Of a DNA stretch of 64,000 nt, positions 1-14,600 are shown one piece after another (within the stretch, counting starts at the first letter, position 1; each line of letters starts with the position of its first letter). A program made the translations under genes and the position numbers. A model generated the notes under the pieces. The model was not told the origin of the DNA. It searched no databases and worked only from the letters and a program-made list of their open reading frames with translations. The DNA comes from Eledone cirrhosa (lineage: Eukaryota), in assembly GCA_964016885.1 (NCBI GenBank), contig OZ024743.1:208754001-208818000 (forward strand). The letters are read 5' to 3'.

Positions 1-2190
1 CCATAAGATATACCACAGTTTACCATCCTATAGCCACAGATGAAAGCTCTTCACTCCATAAGATATACCACAGTTTACCATCCTATAGCCACGCATGAAA
101 GCTCTTCACTCCATAAGATATACCACAGTTTACCATCCTATAGCCACACATGAAAGCTGTTCACTCCATAAGATATACCACAGTTTACCATCCTATAGCC
201 ACACATGAAAGCTCTTCACTCCATAAGATATACCACAGTTTACCATCCTATAGCCACACATGGAAGCTCTTCACTCCATGAGATATACCACAGTTTACCA
301 TCCTATAGCCACACATGAAAGCTCTTCACTCCATAAGATATACCACAGTTTACCATCCTATAGCCAGATGAAAGCTCTTCACTCCATAAGATATACCACA
401 GTTTACCATCCTATAGCCACACATGAAAGCTCTTCACTCCATAAGATATACCACAGTTTACCATCCTATAGCCACACATGAAAGCTCTTCACTCCATAAG
501 ATATACCACAGTTTACCATCCTTTAGCCACACATGAAAGCTCTACACTCCATAAGATATACCACAGTTTACCATCCTAGATCCACAGATGAAAGCTCTTC
601 ACTCCATATCATATACCACAGTTTACCATCCTATAGCCACACATGAGAGCTCTTCACTCCATAAGATATACCGCAGTTTACAATCCTATAGTCACACATG
701 AAAGCTCTTCACTCCATAAGATATACCACAGTTTACCATCCTATAGCCACACATGAAAGCTCTTCACTCCATAAGATATAACACAGTTTACCATCCTATA
801 GCCACACATGAAAGCTCTTCACTCCATAAGATATACCACAGTTTACCATCCTATAGCCACACATGGAAGCTTTTCACTCCATGAGATATACCACAGTTTA
901 CCATCCTATAGCCACACATGAAAGCTCTTCACTCCATAAGATATACCACAGTTTACCATCCTATAGCCAGATGAAAGCTCTTCTCTCCATAAGATATACC
1001 ACAGTTTACCATCCTATAGCCACAAATGAAAGCTCTTCACTCCATAAGATATACCACAGTTTACCATCCTATAGCCACACATGAAAGGTCTTCACTCCAT
1101 AAGATATACCACAGTTTACCATCCTATAGCCACACATGAAAGCTCTTCACTCCATAAGATATACCACAGTTTACCATCCTATAGCCACGCATGAAAGGTC
1201 TTCACTCCATAAGATATACCACAGTTTACCATCCTATAGCCACACATGAAAGCTCTTCACTCCATAAGATATACCACAGTTTACCATACTATAGCCACAC
1301 ATGAAAGCTCTTCACTCCATAAGATATACCACAGTTTACCATCCTATAGCCACACATGAAAGCTCTTCACTCCATAAGATATACCACAGTTTACCATCCT
1401 ATAGCCAGATGAAAGCTCTTCACTCCATAAGATATACCACAGTTTACCATCCTATAGCCACACATGAAAGCTCTTCACTCCATAAGATATACCACAATTT
1501 ACCATCCTATAGCCACACATGAAAGCTCTTCACTCCATAAGATATACCAAAGTTTACCATCCTATAGCCAGATGAAAGCTCTTCACTCCATAAGATATAC
1601 CACAGTTTACCATCCTATAGCCACACATGAAAGCTATTCACTCCATAAGATATAACACAGTTTACCATCCTATAGCCACAGATGAAAGCTCTTCACTCCA
1701 TAAGATATACCACAGTTTACAATCCTATAGTCACACATGAAAGCTCTTCACTCCATAAGATATACCACAGTTTACCATCCTATAGCCACACATGAAAGCT
1801 CTTCACTCCATAAGATATACCACAGTTTACCATCCTATAGCCACACATGGAAGCTCTTCACTCCATGAGATATGCCACAGTTTACCATCCTATAGCCACA
1901 CATGAAAGCTTTTCATTCCATAAGATATACCACACTTTACCATCCTATAGCCAGATGAAAGCTCTTCACTCCATAAGATATACCACAGTTTACCATCCTA
2001 TAGCCACAGATGAAAGCTCTTCACTCCATAAGATATACCACAGTTTACCATCCTATAGCCAGATGAAAGCTCTTCACTCCATAAGATATACCACAGTTTA
2101 CCATCCTATAGCCACACATGAAAGCTTTTCATTCCATAAGATATACCACAGTTTACCATCCTATAGCCAGATAAAAGCTCTTCACTCCAT
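1..2190. repeat. Paralogue of ~8329-10520 (offset 8,328), slightly diverged
   Basis: Landmarks 260/8588, 863/9191, 1301/9629 and 1464/9792; offset becomes 8,327 after the 1-bp deletion (1847/10174). Shared CCTTTAG, CTCTACAC, GCTATTC, TATGCCAC and CACACTTT. Confidence 0.88.
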
Positions 2191-5100
2191 AAGATATACC
2201 GCAGTTTACAATCCTATAGTCACACATGAAAGCTCTTCACTCCATAAGATATACCACAGTTTACCATCCTATAGCCACAGATGAAAGCTCTTCACTCCAT
2301 AACATATACCACAGTTTACCATCCTATAGCCAGATGAAAGCTCTTCACTCCATAAGATATACCACAGTTTACCATCCTATAGCCACACATGAAAGCTCTT
2401 CACTCCATAAGATATACCACAGTTTACCATCCTATAGCCACACATGAAAGTTCTTCACTCCATAAGATATACCACAGTTTACCATCCTATAGCCACACAT
2501 GAAAGCTCTTCACTCCATAAGATATACCACAGTTTACCATCCTATAGCCACACATGAAAGCTCTTCACTCCATAAGATATACCACAGTTTACCATCCTAT
2601 AGCCACAGATGAAAGCGCTTCACTCCATATCATATACCACAGTTTACCATCCTATAGCCACACATGAGAGCTCTTCACTCCATAAGATATACCGCAGTTT
2701 ACAATCCTATAGTCACACATGAAAGCTCTTCACCCCATAAGATATACCACAGTTTACCATCCTATAGTCAAACATGAAAGCTCTTCACCCCATAAGATAT
2801 ACCACAGTTTACCATCCTATTGCCACAGATGAAAGCTCTTCACTCCATTAGATATACCACAGTTTACCATCCTATAGCCACACATGAAAGCTCTTCACTC
2901 CATAAGATATACCACAGTTTACCATCCTATAGCCACAGATGAAAGCTCTTCACTCCATCAGATATACCACAGTTTATCATCCTATAGCCAGATGAAAGCT
3001 CTTCACTCCATAAGATATACCACAGTTTACCATCCTATAGCCACGCCACGGATGAAAGCTCTTCACTCCATAAGATATACCACAGTTTACCATCCTATAG
3101 CCACAGATGAAAGCTCTTCACTCCATAAGATATAACACAGTTTACCATCCTATAGCCACACATTAAAGCTCTTCACTCCATAAGATATAACACAGTTTAC
3201 CATCCTATAGCCACACATGAAAGCTCTTCACTCCATAAGATATAACACAGTTTACCATCCTATAGCCACAGATGAAAGCTCTTCACTCCATAAGATATAC
3301 CACAGTTTACCATCCTATAGCCACACATGAAAGCTCTTCACTCCATTAGATATACCACAGTTTACCATCCTATAGCCACACATGAAAGCTCTTCACTCCA
3401 TAAGATATACCACAGTTTACCATCCTATAGCCACAGATGAAAGTTCTTCACTCCATCAGATATACCACAGTTTATCATCCTATAGCCAGATGAAAGCTCT
3501 TCACTCCATAAGATATACCACAGTTTACCATCCTATAGCCACGCCACGGATGAAAGCTCTTCACTCCATAAGATATACCACAGTTTACCATCCTATAGCC
3601 ACAGATGAAAGCTCTTCACTCCATAAGATATAACACAGTTTACCATCCTATAGCCACACATTAAAGCTCTTCACTCCATAAGATATAACACAGTTTACCA
3701 TCCTATAGCCACACATGAAAGCTCTTCACTCCATAAGATATAACACAGTTTACCATCCTATAGCCACAGATGAAAGCTCTTCACTCCATAAGATATACCA
3801 CAGTTTACAATCCTATAGTCACACATGAAAGCTCTTCACTCCATAAGATATACCACAGTTTACCATCCTATAGCCACACATGAAAGCTCTTCACTCCATA
3901 AGATATACCACAGTTTACAATCCTATAGCCACACATGGAAGCTCTTCACTCCATGAGATATACCACAGTTTACCATCCTATAGCCACACATGAAAGCTTT
4001 TCATTCCATAAGATATACCACAGTTTACCATCCTATAGCCAGATGAAAGCTCTTCACTCCATAAGATATACCACAGTTTACCATCCTATAGCCACAAATG
4101 AAAGCTCTTCACTCCATAAGATATACCACAGTTTACCATCCTATAGCCAGATGAAAGCTCTTCACTCCATGAGATATACCACAGTTTACCATCCTATAGC
4201 CACACATGAAAGCTTTTCATTCCATAAGATATACCACAGTTTACCATCCTATAGCCAGATAAAAGCTCTTCACTCCATAAGATATACCACAGTTTACCAT
4301 CCTATAGCCACACATGAAAGCTCTTCACTCCATAAGATATACCACAGTTTACCATCCTATAGCCACACATGGAAGCTCTTCACTCCATGAGATATACCAC
4401 AGTTTACCATCCTATAGCCACACATGAAAGCTCTTCACTCCATAAGATATACCACAGTTTACCATCCTATAGCCACACATGAAAGGTCTTCACTCCATAA
4501 GATATACCACAGTTTACCATCCTATAGCCACACATGAAAGCTCTTCACTCCATAAGATATACCACAGTTTACCATCCTATAGCCACACATGAAAGCTCTT
4601 CACTCCATAAGATATACCACAGTTTACCATCCTATAGCCACACATGGAAGCTCTTCACTCCATGAGATATACCACAGTTTACCATCCTATAGCCACACAT
4701 GAAAGCTTTTCATTCCATAAGATATACCACAGTTTACCATCCTATAGCCAGATGAAAGCTCTTCACTCCATAAGATATACCACAGTTTACCATCCTATAG
4801 CCACAAATGAAAGCTCTTCACTCCATAAGATATACCACAGTTTACCATCCTATAGCCAGATGAAAGCTCTTCACTCCATAAGATATACCACAGTTTACCA
4901 TCCTATAGCCACACATGAAAGCTCTTCACTCCATAAGATATACCACAGTTTACCATCCTATAGCCACACATGAAAGCTCTTCACTCCATAAGATATACCA
5001 CAGTTTACCATCCTATAACCACACATGAAAGCTCTTCACTCCATAAGATATACCACAGTTTACCATCCTATAGCCAGATGAAAGCTCTTCACTCCATAAG

Positions 5101-8100
5101 ATATACCACAGTTTACCATCCTATAGCCACAGATGAAAGCTCTTCACTCCATAAGATATACCACAGTTTACCATCCTATAGCCACGCATGAAAGCTCTTC
5201 ACTCCATAAGATATACCACAGTTTACCATCCTATAGCCACACATGAAAGCTGTTCACTCCATAAGATATACCACAGTTTACCATCCTATAGCCACACATG
5301 AAAGCTCATCAGTCCATAAGATATACCACAGTTTACCATCCTATAGCCACACATGGAAGCTCTTCACTCCATGAGATATACCACAGTTTACCATCCTATA
5401 GCCAGATAAAAGCTCTTCACTCCATAAGATATACCGCAGTTTACAATCCTATAGTCACACATGAAAGCTCTTCACTCCATAAGATATACCACAGTTTACC
5501 ATCCTATAGCCACAGATGAAAGCTCTTCACTCCATAACATATACCACAGTTTACCATCCTATAGCCAGATGAAAGCTCTTCACTCCATAAGATATACCAC
5601 AGTTTACCATCCTATAGCCACACATGAAAGCTCTTCACTCCATAAGATATACCACAGTTTACCATCCTATAGCCACACATGAAAGTTCTTCACTCCATAA
5701 GATATACCACAGTTTACCATCCTATAGCCACACATGAAAGCTCTTCACTCCATAAGATATACCACAGTTTACCATCCTATAGCCACACATGAAAGCTCTT
5801 CACTCCATAAGATATACCACAGTTTACCATCCTATAGCCACAGATGAAAGCGCTTCACTCCATATCATATACCACAGTTTACCATCCTATAGCCACACAT
5901 GAGAGCTCTTCACTCCATAAGATATACCGCAGTTTACAATCCTATAGTCACACATGAAAGCTCTTCACCCCATAAGATATACCACAGTTTACCATCCTAT
6001 AGTCAAACATGAAAGCTCTTCACCCCATAAGATATACCACAGTTTACCATCCTATTGCCACAGATGAAAGCTCTTCACTCCATTAGATATACCACAGTTT
6101 ACCATCCTATAGCCACACATGAAAGCTCTTCACTCCATAAGATATACCACAGTTTACCATCCTATAGCCACAGATGAAAGCTCTTCACTCCATCAGATAT
6201 ACCACAGTTTATCATCCTATAGCCAGATGAAAGCTCTTCACTCCATAAGATATACCACAGTTTACCATCCTATAGCCACGCCACGGATGAAAGCTCTTCA
6301 CTCCATAAGATATACCACAGTTTACCATCCTATAGCCACAGATGAAAGCTCTTCACTCCATAAGATATAACACAGTTTACCATCCTATAGCCACACATTA
6401 AAGCTCTTCACTCCATAAGATATAACACAGTTTACCATCCTATAGCCACACATGAAAGCTCTTCACTCCATAAGATATAACACAGTTTACCATCCTATAG
6501 CCACAGATGAAAGCTCTTCACTCCATAAGATATACCACAGTTTACCATCCTATAGCCACACATGAAAGCTCTTCACTCCATTAGATATACCACAGTTTAC
6601 CATCCTATAGCCACACATGAAAGCTCTTCACTCCATAAGATATACCACAGTTTACCATCCTATAGCCACAGATGAAAGTTCTTCACTCCATCAGATATAC
6701 CACAGTTTATCATCCTATAGCCAGATGAAAGCTCTTCACTCCATAAGATATACCACAGTTTACCATCCTATAGCCACGCCACGGATGAAAGCTCTTCACT
6801 CCATAAGATATACCACAGTTTACCATCCTATAGCCACAGATGAAAGCTCTTCACTCCATAAGATATAACACAGTTTACCATCCTATAGCCACACATTAAA
6901 GCTCTTCACTCCATAAGATATAACACAGTTTACCATCCTATAGCCACACATGAAAGCTCTTCACTCCATAAGATATAACACAGTTTACCATCCTATAGCC
7001 ACAGATGAAAGCTCTTCACTCCATAAGATATACCACAGTTTACAATCCTATAGTCACACATGAAAGCTCTTCACTCCATAAGATATACCACAGTTTACCA
7101 TCCTATAGCCACACATGAAAGCTCTTCACTCCATAAGATATACCACAGTTTACAATCCTATAGCCACACATGGAAGCTCTTCACTCCATGAGATATACCA
7201 CAGTTTACCATCCTATAGCCACACATGAAAGCTTTTCATTCCATAAGATATACCACAGTTTACCATCCTATAGCCAGATGAAAGCTCTTCACTCCATAAG
7301 ATATACCACAGTTTACCATCCTATAGCCACAAATGAAAGCTCTTCACTCCATAAGATATACCACAGTTTACCATCCTATAGCCAGATGAAAGCTCTTCAC
7401 TCCATGAGATATACCACAGTTTACCATCCTATAGCCACACATGAAAGCTTTTCATTCCATAAGATATACCACAGTTTACCATCCTATAGCCAGATAAAAG
7501 CTCTTCACTCCATAAGATATACCACAGTTTACCATCCTATAGCCACACATGAAAGCTCTTCACTCCATAAGATATACCACAGTTTACCATCCTATAGCCA
7601 CACATGGAAGCTCTTCACTCCATGAGATATACCACAGTTTACCATCCTATAGCCACACATGAAAGCTCTTCACTCCATAAGATATACCACAGTTTACCAT
7701 CCTATAGCCACACATGAAAGGTCTTCACTCCATAAGATATACCACAGTTTACCATCCTATAGCCACACATGAAAGCTCTTCACTCCATAAGATATACCAC
7801 AGTTTACCATCCTATAGCCACACATGAAAGCTCTTCACTCCATAAGATATACCACAGTTTACCATCCTATAGCCACACATGGAAGCTCTTCACTCCATGA
7901 GATATACCACAGTTTACCATCCTATAGCCACACATGAAAGCTTTTCATTCCATAAGATATACCACAGTTTACCATCCTATAGCCAGATGAAAGCTCTTCA
8001 CTCCATAAGATATACCACAGTTTACCATCCTATAGCCACAAATGAAAGCTCTTCACTCCATAAGATATACCACAGTTTACCATCCTATAGCCAGATGAAA

Positions 8101-8639
8101 GCTCTTCACTCCATAAGATATACCACAGTTTACCATCCTATAGCCACACATGAAAGCTCTTCACTCCATAAGATATACCACAGTTTACCATCCTATAGCC
8201 ACACATGAAAGCTCTTCACTCCATAAGATATACCACAGTTTACCATCCTATAACCACACATGAAAGCTCTTCACTCCATAAGATATACCACAGTTTACCA
8301 TCCTATAGCCAGATGAAAGCTCTTCACTCCATAAGATATACCACAGTTTACCATCCTATAGCCACAGATGAAAGCTCTTCACTCCATAAGATATACCACA
8401 GTTTACCATCCTATAGCCACGCATGAAAGCTCTTCACTCCATAAGATATACCACAGTTTACCATCCTATAGCCACACATGAAAGCTGTTCACTCCATAAG
8501 ATATACCACAGTTTACCATCCTATAGCCACACATGAAAGCTCATCAGTCCATAAGATATACCACAGTTTACCATCCTATAGCCACACATGGAAGCTCTTC
8601 ACTCCATGAGATATACCACAGTTTACCATCCTATAGCCA
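2139..8639. repeat. Tandem duplication, 2 x 3,235 bp (59 monomers)
   Basis: Constant 3,235 offset of ORF landmarks (2226/5461, 2884/6119, 3382/6617, 3935/7170, 4644/7879, 4970/8205) and of rare variants (GCGCTT, AGTCAAAC, CATCAGTCC). Length check: 59x55 - 10x2 (53-mers) + 2x5 (60-mers) = 3,235. Confidence 0.93.
2830..3800. repeat. Nested duplication, 2 x 498 bp (9 monomers), repeated at ~6065-7035
   Basis: 60-mer markers at 3040/3538 and 6275/6773. CATTAGA, CATCAGA and CATTAAAG recur at the 498 offset. 7x55+53+60 = 498. Confidence 0.9.
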
Positions 8640-11600
8640 CACATGAAAGCTCTTCACTCCATAAGATATACCACAGTTTACCATCCTATAGCCAGATGAA
8701 AGCTCTTCACTCCATAAGATATACCACAGTTTACCATCCTATAGCCACACATGAAAGCTCTTCACTCCATAAGATATACCACAGTTTATCATCCTATAGC
8801 CACACATGAAAGCTCTTCACTCCATAAGATATACCACAGTTTACCATCCTTTAGCCACACATGAAAGCTCTACACTCCATAAGATATACCACAGTTTACC
8901 ATCCTAGAGCCACAGATGAAAGCTCTTCACTCCATATCATATACCACAGTTTACCATCCTATAGCCACACATGAGATCTCTTCACTCCATAAGATATACC
9001 GCAGTTTACAATCCTATAGTCACACATGAAAGCTCTTCACTCCATAAGATATACCACAGTTTACCATCCTATAGCCACACATGAAAGCTCTTCACTCCAT
9101 AAGATATAACACAGTTTACCATCCTATAGCCACACATGAAAGCTCTTCACTCCATAAGATATACCACAGTTTACCATCCTATAGCCACACATGGAAGCTT
9201 TTCACTCCATGAGATATACCACAGTTTACCATCCTATAGCCACACATGAAAGCTCTTCACTCCATAAGATATACCACAGTTTACCATCCTATAGCCAGAT
9301 GAAAGCTCTTCACTCCATAAGATATACCACAGTTTACCATCCTATAGCCACAAATGAAAGCTCTTCACTCCATAAGATATACCACAGTTTACCATCCTAT
9401 AGCCACACATGAAAGGTCTTCACTCCATAAGATATACGACAGTTTACCATCCTATAGCCACACATGAAAGCTCTTCACTCCATAAGATATACCACAGTTT
9501 ACCATCCTATAGCCACACATGAAAGGTCTTCACTCCATAAGATATACCACAGTTTACCATCCTATAGCCACACATGAAAGCTCTTCACTCCATAAGATAT
9601 ACCACAGTTTACCATCCTATAGCCACACATGAAAGCTCTTCACTCCATAAGATATACCACAGTTTACCATCCTATAGCCACACATGAAAGCTCTTCACTC
9701 CATAAGATATACCACAGTTTACCATCCTATAGCCAGATGAAAGCTCTTCACTCCATAAGATATACCACAGTTTACCATCCTATAGCCACACATGAAAGCT
9801 CTTCACTCCATAAGATATACCACAATTTACCATCCTATAGCCACACATGAAAGCTCTTCACTCCATAAGATATACCAAAGTTTACCATCCTATAGCCAGA
9901 TGAAAGCTCTTCACTCCATAAGATATACCACAGTTTACCATCCTATAGCCACACATGAAAGCTATTCACTCCATAAGATATAACACAGTTTACCATCCTA
10001 TAGCCACAGATGAAAGCTCTTCACTCCATAAGATATACCACAGTTTACAATCCTATAGTCACACATGAAAGCTCTTCACTCCATAAGATATACCACAGTT
10101 TACCATCCTATAGCCACACATGAAAGCTCTTCATCCATAAGATATACCACAGTTTACCATCCTATAGCCACACATGGAAGCTCTTCACTCCAAGAGATAT
10201 GCCACAGTTTACCATCCTATAGCCACACATGAAAGCTTTTCATTCCATAAGATATACCACACTTTACCATCCTATAGCCAGATGAAAGCTCTTCACTCCA
10301 TAAGATATACCACAGTTTACCATCCTATAGCCACAGATGAAAGCTCTTCACTCCATAAGATATACCACAGTTTACCATCCTATAGCCAGATGAAAGCTCT
10401 TCACTCCATAAGATATACCACAGTTTACCATCCTATAGCCACACATGAAAGCTTTTCATTCCATAAGATATACCACAGTTTACCATCCTATAGCCAGATA
10501 AAAGCTCTTCACTCCATAAGATATACCACAGTTTACCATCCTATAGCCACACATGAAAGCTCTTCACTCCATATCATATACCACAGTTTACCATCCTATA
10601 GCCACACATGAGAGCTCTTCACTCCATAAGATATACCGCAGTTTACAATCCTATAGTCACAAATGAAAGCTCTTCACTCCATAAGATATACCACAGTTTA
10701 CCATCCTATAGCCACAGATGAAAGCTCTTCACTCCATAACATATACCACAGTTTACCATCCTATAGCCAGATGAAAGCTCTTCACTACATAAGATATACC
10801 ACAGTTTACCATCCTATAGCCACACATGAAAGCTCTTCACTCCATAAGATATAACACAGTTTACCATCCTATAGCCACAGATGAAAGCTCTTCACCCCAT
10901 AAGATATACCACAGTTTACCATCCTATAGCCACACATGAAAGCTCTTCACCCCATAAGATATACCACAGTTTACCATCCTATTGCCACAGATGAAAGCTG
11001 TTCACTCCATAAGATATACCACAGTTTACCATCCTATAGCCACACATGAAAGATCTTCACTCCATAAGATATACCACAGTTTACCATCCTATAGCCACAC
11101 ATGAAAGCTCTTCACTCCATAGGATATACCACAGTTTACCATCCTATAGCCACAGATGAAAGCTCTTCACTCCATAAGATATACCACAGTTTATCATCCT
11201 ATAGCCAGATGAAAGCTCTTCACTCCATAAGATATACCACAGTTTACCATCCTATAGCCACGCCACGGATGAAAGCCCTTCACTCCATAAGATATACCAG
11301 AGTTTACCATCCTAGAGCCACAGATGAAAGCTCTTCACTCCATAAGATATACCACAGTTTACCATCATGTGGCCACACATGAAAGCTCTTCACTCCATAA
11401 GATATACCACAGTTTACCATCCTATAGCCACAGATGAAAGCTCTTCACTCCATAAGATATAACACAGTTTACCCTCCTATAGCCACACATGAAAGCTCTT
11501 CACTCCATAAGATATACCACAGTTTACAATCCTATAGCCACACATGAAAGCTCTTCACTCCATAAGATATACCACAGTTTACCATCCTATAGCCACACAT

Positions 11601-14600
11601 GAAAGCTCTTAACTCCATAAGATATACCACAGTTTACCATCCTATATCAAAACATGAAAGCTCTTCACTCCATAAGATATACCACAGTTTACCATCCTAT
11701 GGCCACATATGAAAGCTCTTCACTCCATGAGATATACCACAGTTTACCATCCTATAGCAAAACATGAAAGCTCTTCACTCCATGAGATATACCACAGTTT
11801 ACCACGCTATGGCCACAGATGAAAGCTCTTCACTCCATAAGATATACCACAGTTTACCATCCTATAGCCAGATGAAAGCTCTTCACTCCATAAGATATAT
11901 CACAGTTTACCATCCTATAGCCACAGATGAAAGCTCTTCACTCCCTAAGATATACCACAGTTTACCATCCTATAGCCATGCATGAAAGCTCTTCACTCCA
12001 TAAGATATACCACAGTTTACCATCCTATAGCCACACATGAAAGCTGTTCACTCCATAAGATATACCACAGTTTACCATCCTATAGCCACACATGAAAGCT
12101 CTTCACTCCATAAGATATACCACAGTTTACCATCCTATAGCCAGATGAAAGCTCTTCACTCCATAAGATATACCACAGTTTACCATCCTATAGCCACACA
12201 TGAAAGCTCTTCACTCCATAAGATATACCACAGTTTACCATCCTATAGCCACACATGAAAGTTCTTCACTCCATAAGATATACCACAGTTTACCATCCTA
12301 TAGCCACACATGAAAGCTCTTCACTCCATAAGATATACCACAGTTTACCATCCTATAGCCACACATGAAAGCTCTTCACTCCATAAGATATACCACAGTT
12401 TACCATCCTATAGCCACAGATGAAAGCTCTTCACTCCATATCATATATCACAGTTTACCATCCTATAGCCACACATGAGAGCTCTTCACTCCATAAGATA
12501 TACCATAGTTTACCATCCTATAGCCACACATGAAAGCTCTTCACTCCATAAGATATACCACAGTTTACCATCCTATAGCCACACATGAAAGCTCTTCACT
12601 CCATAAGATATACCACAGTTTACCATCCTATAGCCACACATGAAAGCTCTTCACTCCATAAGATATACCACAGTTTACCATCCTATAGCCACACATGAAA
12701 GCTCTTCACTCCATAAGATACACCACAGTTTACCATCCTATAGCCACACATGGAAGCTCTTCACTCCATGAGATATACCACAGTTTACCATCCTATAGCC
12801 ACACATGAAAGCTTTTCATTCCATAAGATATACCACAGTTTACCATCCTATAGCCAGATGAAAGCTCTTCACTCCATAAGATATACCACAGTTTACCATC
12901 CTATAGCCACAAATGAAAGCTCTTCACTCCATAAGATATACCACAGTTTACCATCCTATAGCCAGATGAAAGCTCTTCACTCCATAAGATATACCACAGT
13001 TTACCATCCTATAGCCACACATGAAAGCTCTTCACTCCATAAGATATACCACAGTTTACCATCCTATAGCCACACATGAAAGCTCTTCACTCCATAAGAT
13101 ATACCACAGTTTACCATCCTATAACCACACATGAAAGCTCTTCACTCCATAAGATATACCACAGTTTACCATCCTATAGCCAGATGAAAGCTCTTCACTC
13201 CATAAGATATACCACAGTTTACCATCCTATAGCCACAGATGAAAGCTCTTCACTCCATAAGATATACCACAGTTTACCATCCTATAGCCACGCATGAAAG
13301 CTCTTCACTCCATAAGATATACCACAGTTTACCATCCTATAGCCACACATGAAAGCTGTTCACTCCATAAGATATACCACAGTTTACCATCCTATAGCCA
13401 CACATGAAAGCTCATCAGTCCATAAGATATACCACAGTTTACCATCCTATAGCCACACATGGAAGCTCTTCACTCCATGAGATATACCACAGTTTACCAT
13501 CCTATAGCCACACATGAAAGCTCTTCACTCCATAAGATATACCACAGTTTACCATCCTATAGCCAGATGAAAGCTCTTCACTCCATAAGATATACCACAG
13601 TTTACCATCCTATAGCCACACATGAAAGCTCTTCACTCCATAAGATATACCACAGTTTATCATCCTATAGCCACACATGAAAGCTCTTCACTCCATAAGA
13701 TATACCACAGTTTACCATCCTTTAGCCACACATGAAAGCTCTACACTCCATAAGATATACCACAGTTTACCATCCTAGAGCCACAGATGAAAGCTCTTCA
13801 CTCCATATCATATACCACAGTTTACCATCCTATAGCCACACATGAGAGCTCTTCACTCCATAAGATATACCGCAGTTTACAATCCTATAGTCACACATGA
13901 AAGCTCTTCACTCCATAAGATATACCACAGTTTACCATCCTATAGCCACACATGAAAGCTCTTCACTCCATAAGATATAACACAGTTTACCATCCTATAG
14001 CCACACATGAAAGCTCTTCACTCCATAAGATATACCACAGTTTACCATCCTATAGCCACACATGGAAGCTTTTCACTCCATGAGATATACCACAGTTTAC
14101 CATCCTATAGCCACACATGAAAGCTCTTCACTCCATAAGATATACCACAGTTTACCATCCTATAGCCAGATGAAAGCTCTTCACTCCATAAGATATACCA
14201 CAGTTTACCATCCTATAGCCACAAATGAAAGCTCTTCACTCCATAAGATATACCACAGTTTACCATCCTATAGCCACACATGAAAGGTCTTCACTCCATA
14301 AGATATACGACAGTTTACCATCCTATAGCCACACATGAAAGCTCTTCACTCCATAAGATATACCACAGTTTACCATCCTATAGCCACACATGAAAGGTCT
14401 TCACTCCATAAGATATACCACAGTTTACCATCCTATAGCCACACATGAAAGCTCTTCACTCCATAAGATATACCACAGTTTACCATCCTATAGCCACACA
14501 TGAAAGCTCTTCACTCCATAAGATATACCACAGTTTACCATCCTATAGCCACACATGAAAGCTCTTCACTCCATAAGATATACCACAGTTTACCATCCTA

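Noticed and set aside
1847-2284. Resemblance of the His/Tyr/Ser-rich peptides to zinc-finger, Pol II CTD or other repeat proteins
   Set aside because: There is no Cys-X2-4-Cys pattern or YSPTSPS heptad, and the monomer length is not a multiple of three.
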